Origin: Aureliella sp.
GTDB lineage: Bacteria; Planctomycetota; Planctomycetia; Pirellulales; Pirellulaceae
Reading direction: 5' to 3'
DNA length: 64,000 nt
Assembly: GCA_963691875.1 (NCBI GenBank)
Contig: OY829846.1
Location: forward strand, 3,840,001 to 3,904,000
Below are positions 58,823 through 64,000 of this stretch, piece after piece. The notes under the pieces are model-generated. The model saw nothing but the letters and a program-made list of their open reading frames with translations, was not told the DNA's origin and made no database searches. Both the position numbers and the translations under genes were made by a program. Numbering within the stretch: position 1 is the first letter of the stretch; the number at the start of each line of letters is the position of its first letter.

Positions 58823-61800
58823 CGGAGAAAGATAAACTCCTTGGTATTCACGAGAGCGTGAGCCAAACTTGCCCAGACTTGTGGATCGTCTATTGAGACC
58901 CTTTGCGATGCAACCTGCCCTTCGAGAAATGCGGTTGCCACTGCCGCTTCTCGCTCCGTCGGACTTCGCGCTAGGCCGGAGAGGTACAGCCACTCAATCC
59001 GACGCTTCGTCACGTCTACATCAGAACTAGGTATACCCTCCAACGCTCTCTTACCCCACTTGGCCGACAGCTCTGAGACAAGCGGATCGTTCAGCAGAAT
59101 CAAAGCCTGGGCCGGCACGTTGGATACATTCCGCCGACCCATCGAACTAAACGGAACTGGAGTATCAAAGGTCAACATAAAGGGCGAGAGGAAGTTGCGG
59201 CGTACGGATATATAAATCGAGCGACGTCCCTCGCCATCCAAAGGACCGCTTTTCCCAGGACGCCCACGTCCGTCCATAAAGGGCGTTAAGTGAATTGGCA
59301 CTGGAGGACCAAAGGCTGTTGGATCCAAATCACCAGAAAGCGCGAGTAGAGCGTCACGAATGGCTTCACCCTGCAGTCGACGCGGAGGCTGGTAGTGCCA
59401 CAGTTTGTTGGTCGGATCTTTCTGCATCGCGTCCGCATCTGCGAAGCTCGACATCTGATAAGTTCGCGAAAGAACGATGTACTTAATCATGCGCTTGATG
59501 CTACGACCATCTTTGAGGAAATGTGTCGCCAAGTGATCAAGCAACTCGGGATGCGAAGGCCTTTGCCCCAAGAAACCGAAATCATCGACTGTTGGAACGA
59601 TCCCACGGCCCATCAGGTGATGCCAGATTCGGTTGACGATCACGCGCGAAGTCAAAGGGTTGGCCGGATCATTGATGTGCTCGGCCAGCTCCAGTCGCCC
59701 GCTCCCTTGGCGAATAGACATAGGTTCATCACCGGCTATCGCTGTCAAAAAATGCCGAGGCTCAATATCGGTTGGCTTGGATGAATTGCCCCGGTCTAAG
59801 ATTCGGTCGTCTTCACCGGTTCCATCCAACATTGCCAAGGCGACATGCGACTTGCGGACGATCTGCCCCGCTAGCTGCTCTCGTTCTTTCTGCCACACGC
59901 GAACCAGTCGCCGCGCTGCTTCCATTTCAACCCGATGCGTCACCGAGGAATTTCCCTCGGCTTCGTGCTCCTTATCCGTAACCACTACCTTCTGGAACAC
60001 GATGTGATCCAGCCCGATATTGCCCCAGCCTGACTTGTGATTGTCGACGACTTGGATCTTCGCTTTCTTTCCCGAAAACTGACGAACGTCCCAAATGTTC
60101 AAAGACATTTGATTATTCGCCTTGCCAGTGGCGGAGAGTACTGCGTTGCCATCGATCGAGAGGTTGACACAAGTCTTGCCTTGATGGTTGCCTCCGCCCA
60201 CCATGAATTGGATGCGATCGAAATCGATTGTGAACGCTGAAGAAGTCAACGTGCCAGTGAGACTATCACCTTTTCGTACATCGCCACCTGGGCGGATGTT
60301 GTGCGAGTTGACGAAGTACTTGCCAACGCCATTAATTCGACCTTGATACGACGCAATCGTTTTCAAGGTTTGCGGAATTTCACCAAAAGCATCACCCTTT
60401 GTGGTCCAGCCGTTGTAAGTACCCGATTCGAAGTCCGCAAAGACGGTTTCTTCGATCTCGACATTACTTCCGCTGTTCAGCATTGTTTCAGCGACTTCAG
60501 CGTATTCTTCGTATTGCCGATCTTCAGACTTCAAGCGTTTGTCGATCTCGGCGAGCCCTTGCCCATCAAGTCCTTGCGTCACCATTCGAACCGAGAGCTG
60601 CCTGTCCTTGGCAGGAACGAACTCCAAGTGCAATCGATGCCCAACGTAGCGAGTCAAATTGAGGTTTACCCAGCGCTGGCCTTCCTTCACCCCGACTACC
60701 GTTTGACCATGCAGCGGTCCCGCGACCAAGCGGTGTGAATCGACGCAAGCAACGATGTGGCCAGTACCATCAACCAAGCAACTTACCTTGCCATCCTTCA
60801 GTTCGAAGGTCGGCGATCGCAGAGTACGTCCGCTTTTTGGCAGCTTAGCAACAGCGCTCGAGTTTCTCACCGAACCTTCAGTGATAGACTCGAAACCGGA
60901 CCAAATCGCGTCATTGACGGCAACGCCAGCTCGAGCCACTTCGACCTCGCCAGTAGATGAAAGATAAGCGAGGCCAGAAGATCTCGGCGATGCACCAAAG
61001 ATTACGCCATCCTGCATGAAATGTTGCTCAGGCAGGTTGGAATAGTCCACGACTATCGAATCATCGACTAAATGACTTGTTTGTGAAGGTAGTCGGATTC
61101 CTTGACTGGCTAGCAAGTCTCGAATCTGCGTTTGATATTTGGCATCCACTCGTGCCAACTCTTCCGCAACTCTGCGATTCTGCGCCATCGACTCAAAGCG
61201 AACCTGGCGATAATCGCTACTCTGCAGAAACCCCGACAAGGAGTAATAGTCCGCGGTAGAAATCGCGTCAAACTTGTGATCATGGCAGCGAGCACAAGCA
61301 ACTGTAACACCGAGAAATGTTTTCGACATAACGTCGATCATGTTGTCGAAGCGATCCGATTCATCCTTGCGAATATCGACGGGGGAGTGGACCCATTCAC
61401 CAAGGAACCAAAAGCCTGTTCCCAAAACAGATTCGTTGAAACCCTTGGTCGGATGCAAGCGAGGCTCGGTTATCAAGTCGCCGGCGATGTGCTCGCGCAC
61501 GAACTGATCGTAGGGCACATCTGCATTCAGCGCTCGAATCACATAGTCGCGATACTGGAACGCATTCGGAGTGTCGTTATCAAACTCGTGGCCGCGTGAC
61601 TCTGCGTAGCGCACCAAGTCCAACCAGTGCCTGCCCCAACGTTCGCCAAAGTGCGGCGAGTCGAGTAAATGATCGACGACTTTCTCCAAAGTTTCCGGAC
61701 TCGAGTCGGCTAGAAACGAACCGATTTCTTCCGGCGTTGGCGGCAGACCGATCAAATCAAAATACAACCTACGAAGTATGGCTTCACGATCCGCGTCGCG

Positions 61801-62361
61801 TGATGGCTTGAGCTCAGCGGCTTCCAAGCCAGCCAAGATGTGTTGGTCAATTTCGCCACGAGGCCATTCGGTGTTCTGAACTTTCGGAGCAGCGGGGTCG
61901 ACAACTGGTTGCCAGACCCAGAACTTGGATTGGCGCTCTTCTAAGTCGAAGTTGCTCGTTACTGCCTCAGCTGACGGAGGTACTTCGTTGGGCCAAGGAG
62001 CGCCCATTTCAACCCATCGCACCAGTGTCTGCATATCCTTCTCAGGCAGTCTGCCCTTCGGTGGCATTTCGCCATCTTGGACCGTCTCTATCAGAAAGCT
62101 GTCTTCGACACTGCCCGGCTCGACCATTCCGCTGTCGATATGGCCAGATCTGCGATCGAGCAGCAAGTCAGCCTCGAGACGTTTCGCCTTCGCGCTGTGG
62201 CATTCGTAGCAATGCTTCGACAGCAACGGACGCACCTGCTTCTCGAAAAACTCAAGCTGCTCTGGTGTGAATTCTTGCTCGTCCGCCTGACCATCCACCA
62301 ACAATAGGGCCACGAAGAGCGGAATCAGAACGAACTGCGTAAGCGATCGAGAACTTATCAT
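58819..62361 (-). CDS. PSCyt1/PSCyt2(DUF1549)/PSD1(DUF1553) planctomycete cytochrome c protein
   Basis: FFEKQVRPLL..HCYECH, LRRLYFDLIGLPPT, GERWGRHWLDLVRYAES, CARCHDHKFD, NPLTSRVIVNRIW, PSHPELLD and QALILLN motifs. Confidence 0.95.
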   Translation of the reverse strand: MISSRSLTQFVLIPLFVALLLVDGQADEQEFTPEQLEFFEKQVRPLLSKHCYECHSAKAKRLEADLLLDRRSGHIDSGMVEPGSVEDSFLIETVQDGEMPPKGRLPEKDMQTLVRWVEMGAPWPNEVPPSAEAVTSNFDLEERQSKFWVWQPVVDPAAPKVQNTEWPRGEIDQHILAGLEAAELKPSRDADREAILRRLYFDLIGLPPTPEEIGSFLADSSPETLEKVVDHLLDSPHFGERWGRHWLDLVRYAESRGHEFDNDTPNAFQYRDYVIRALNADVPYDQFVREHIAGDLITEPRLHPTKGFNESVLGTGFWFLGEWVHSPVDIRKDESDRFDNMIDVMSKTFLGVTVACARCHDHKFDAISTADYYSLSGFLQSSDYRQVRFESMAQNRRVAEELARVDAKYQTQIRDLLASQGIRLPSQTSHLVDDSIVVDYSNLPEQHFMQDGVIFGASPRSSGLAYLSSTGEVEVARAGVAVNDAIWSGFESITEGSVRNSSAVAKLPKSGRTLRSPTFELKDGKVSCLVDGTGHIVACVDSHRLVAGPLHGQTVVGVKEGQRWVNLNLTRYVGHRLHLEFVPAKDRQLSVRMVTQGLDGQGLAEIDKRLKSEDRQYEEYAEVAETMLNSGSNVEIEETVFADFESGTYNGWTTKGDAFGEIPQTLKTIASYQGRINGVGKYFVNSHNIRPGGDVRKGDSLTGTLTSSAFTIDFDRIQFMVGGGNHQGKTCVNLSIDGNAVLSATGKANNQMSLNIWDVRQFSGKKAKIQVVDNHKSGWGNIGLDHIVFQKVVVTDKEHEAEGNSSVTHRVEMEAARRLVRVWQKEREQLAGQIVRKSHVALAMLDGTGEDDRILDRGNSSKPTDIEPRHFLTAIAGDEPMSIRQGSGRLELAEHINDPANPLTSRVIVNRIWHHLMGRGIVPTVDDFGFLGQRPSHPELLDHLATHFLKDGRSIKRMIKYIVLSRTYQMSSFADADAMQKDPTNKLWHYQPPRRLQGEAIRDALLALSGDLDPTAFGPPVPIHLTPFMDGRGRPGKSGPLDGEGRRSIYISVRRNFLSPFMLTFDTPVPFSSMGRRNVSNVPAQALILLNDPLVSELSAKWGKRALEGIPSSDVDVTKRRIEWLYLSGLARSPTEREAAVATAFLEGQVASQRVSIDDPQVWASLAHALVNTKEFIFLR

Positions 62362-62460
62362 CCAATCAATTCTTGAACGAAATGCGACATTCGGAAAATG
62401 GAAAGACTAACTTCCAATCATTACATTATCTTTTACTCTACTCGATTGTCGAGAAGAATA

Positions 62461-62502
62461 TGTGACACGAGGATAACGATCTGCGACACAGGGATGACAA
62501 GG
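62461..62502. promoter_or_regulatory. Candidate AraC/XylR-type operator (21-bp imperfect tandem repeat)
   Basis: TGTGACACGAGGATAACGATC / TGCGACACAGGGATGACAAGG (14/21 identical) in the divergent intergenic region. A third TGCGACA lies at 62383. Confidence 0.45.
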
Positions 62503-62563
62503 CAAGCTCGCGTATGCCGCTGGAGTTCAATCGAATCGAACGAAATCACCCACAACCCAAAGC

Positions 62564-63801
62564 GTGAGCGAGGAAGATGATTCTGTCGCCACGCGTCGGC
62601 CCGACAGGAGTAGTATGCCTGCTCGCGCTACCGCACCTCGTGTAAAGACCACACGAAAAGTAGCCCTCTTAGTGGAGACCTCGCGATCTTACGGGCGAGG
62701 AGTTTTACGTGGAATCGAACACTCTGCAGGTACCCGTAGCAAATGGTCGCTGCTTCACCAAGAAATGACGATCGACACAGTATTGTCGGAATGGATCCGC
62801 GAGTCCGCCATCGATGAAGTGATCGCACGGGTCCACCCGCTGACCGTGGACTCGCTCAGAGACCTAGATGTGCCTTGCGTAGACGTCCAATGCCGTGGAG
62901 ATTTTCCAGGGATTCCGCAAGTCGAGACAGATGATCGTAAAGTCACCGAACCTGCGTTCAAGCATCTTGGGGAGCGAGGATTTCGCAGATTTGCTTTCTG
63001 CGGCTATCAGTTTGCTCACTATTCGGAAGCTCGGCTTGGCTGTTTTCGAGAACTCGTACGCGAAGCGAGCTGCTCGCTATCGGTGTACGAGACACCTGAG
63101 TCGCGCGCGGCGCACCCGTGACGAGAATCGAACAGACTGATCCCGAGGACTCGAAGAAGTCAGCTTGGCTGGCTTCTCTGGAACCTCCGACCGGTTTGTT
63201 CGTCTGCAATGACATTCGTGAACAACAAGTTCGCAAATTATTTCAGACACTAAATCTGTCCGTTCCGGACGATATCGGTGTGATTGGAGTCGAAGACGAC
63301 GACACGATCTGCCCCCTGAGCAATCCACCGCTGTCCAGCGTACAGCCTAACTCGGAACAGGTCGGCTATCGCGCGGCTGAAGTGCTTGACGCTGTGATGC
63401 ATGGGAGCTCCGCACCGCAAGCAGTCCAATACATCTCACCGGAAGAAGTTGTACAACGTCTTTCAACGCAAGTCATTGCCGTGGAAGACCGCGAAGTCGC
63501 GCGAGTTTGTCGCTTTATTCGCGAGCATGCTTGCGATGGAATTGACGTGCATGACGTCGCTGATTTTACTTCGCTTCCGCGGCGACAGTTGGAACGCCGC
63601 TTTCGCACCGAGCTCAATCGCACTCCGCACGAAGTTACAGCAACGCAAGTTGCCAAAGTGAAGCAGCTGCTACTCGAACCCGAAATGACACTCGAGCAGA
63701 TTGCCCCGCTGGCCGGCTATCGGCACAAGGAGCGTCTTAGCGCCGTCTTTCGCCGCGAAGTCGGCGAAGCTCCCGGAGAGTATCGAAAGCGCAGAAAGTG
63801 A
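62564..63801 (+). pseudogene. XylR-type (LacI-sensor + AraC HTH) transcriptional regulator, frameshifted
   Basis: VALLVETSRSYGRGVLRGI...HLGERGFRRFAFCG in one frame. GLFVCND...VPDDIGVIGV...PPLSSV...RRQLERRF...F.REVG..PGEYRK in another. The break is near 63110-63121. Confidence 0.85.
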
Positions 63802-64000
63802 TCAGAACGCGGTGCCTAGTTGACCGCGAATTGCCCGTTCTTACGAGCTCAAAAATTTTCCTGAAATCAAAATCAGGGACGGTGAGAACCGAAGCCAATG
63901 CCCCGCAGGTGAAGGCAGGCCGATCACGCGTTGGTGGATACGACTGACTTCATGTCCATGGCTTTTGCTGGCAATTCCATTGAATTTCCTGATCTCAAAG

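Noticed and set aside
58823..58993. N-terminal extension of DUF1501 in the ORF track (similarly 30376-30468 for the DUF4350-like gene)
   Set aside because: These extensions overlap the upstream genes. ATGA-coupled starts at 58822 and 30375 place the export signals correctly.
1..64000. CRISPR array, rRNA/tRNA, transposase, integrase or prophage
   Set aside because: No regularly spaced repeats with unique spacers, no recognisable RNA gene and no mobile-element ORF motifs were seen by eye. Small RNAs could have been missed.

Overview
A 64 kb window that looks like a Planctomycetota chromosome, probably Pirellulaceae. This is inferred from hallmark families: a PSCyt/PSD1 cytochrome next to DUF1501, a PVC-type CxxCH heme protein with DUF1080, a dockerin/AEGE remnant and Pirellula-like intergenic inverted repeats. 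It is mostly housekeeping or lineage-typical: NhaP-like antiporter, speA, xth, deoC, MMPL transporter, Zn-ADH, a translationally coupled RDD-SpoIIM-DUF4129-DUF4350-MoxR-DUF58 operon, Sfp-type PPTase, PII, DNase I-like nuclease and a ZIP transporter. Main findings: (1) a SPINDLY-like TPR-GT41 glycosyltransferase coupled to a DesI/VioA-like aminotransferase, with a divergent VioB-like acetyltransferase, a candidate protein O-glycosylation system using N-acetylviosamine; (2) a eukaryote-type UMP-CMP kinase fused to an unusual N-terminal domain, lying between decayed genes; (3) two giant cytochrome c proteins that share a glycoside-hydrolase-associated beta-sandwich module, next to a nonsense-split aldo-keto reductase and a frameshifted XylR-type regulator with a 21-bp tandem operator candidate; (4) several pseudogenes and two families of short dispersed repeats. 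No rRNA, tRNA, CRISPR array, transposase or prophage was seen. All family calls come from motif recognition by eye, not database searches.
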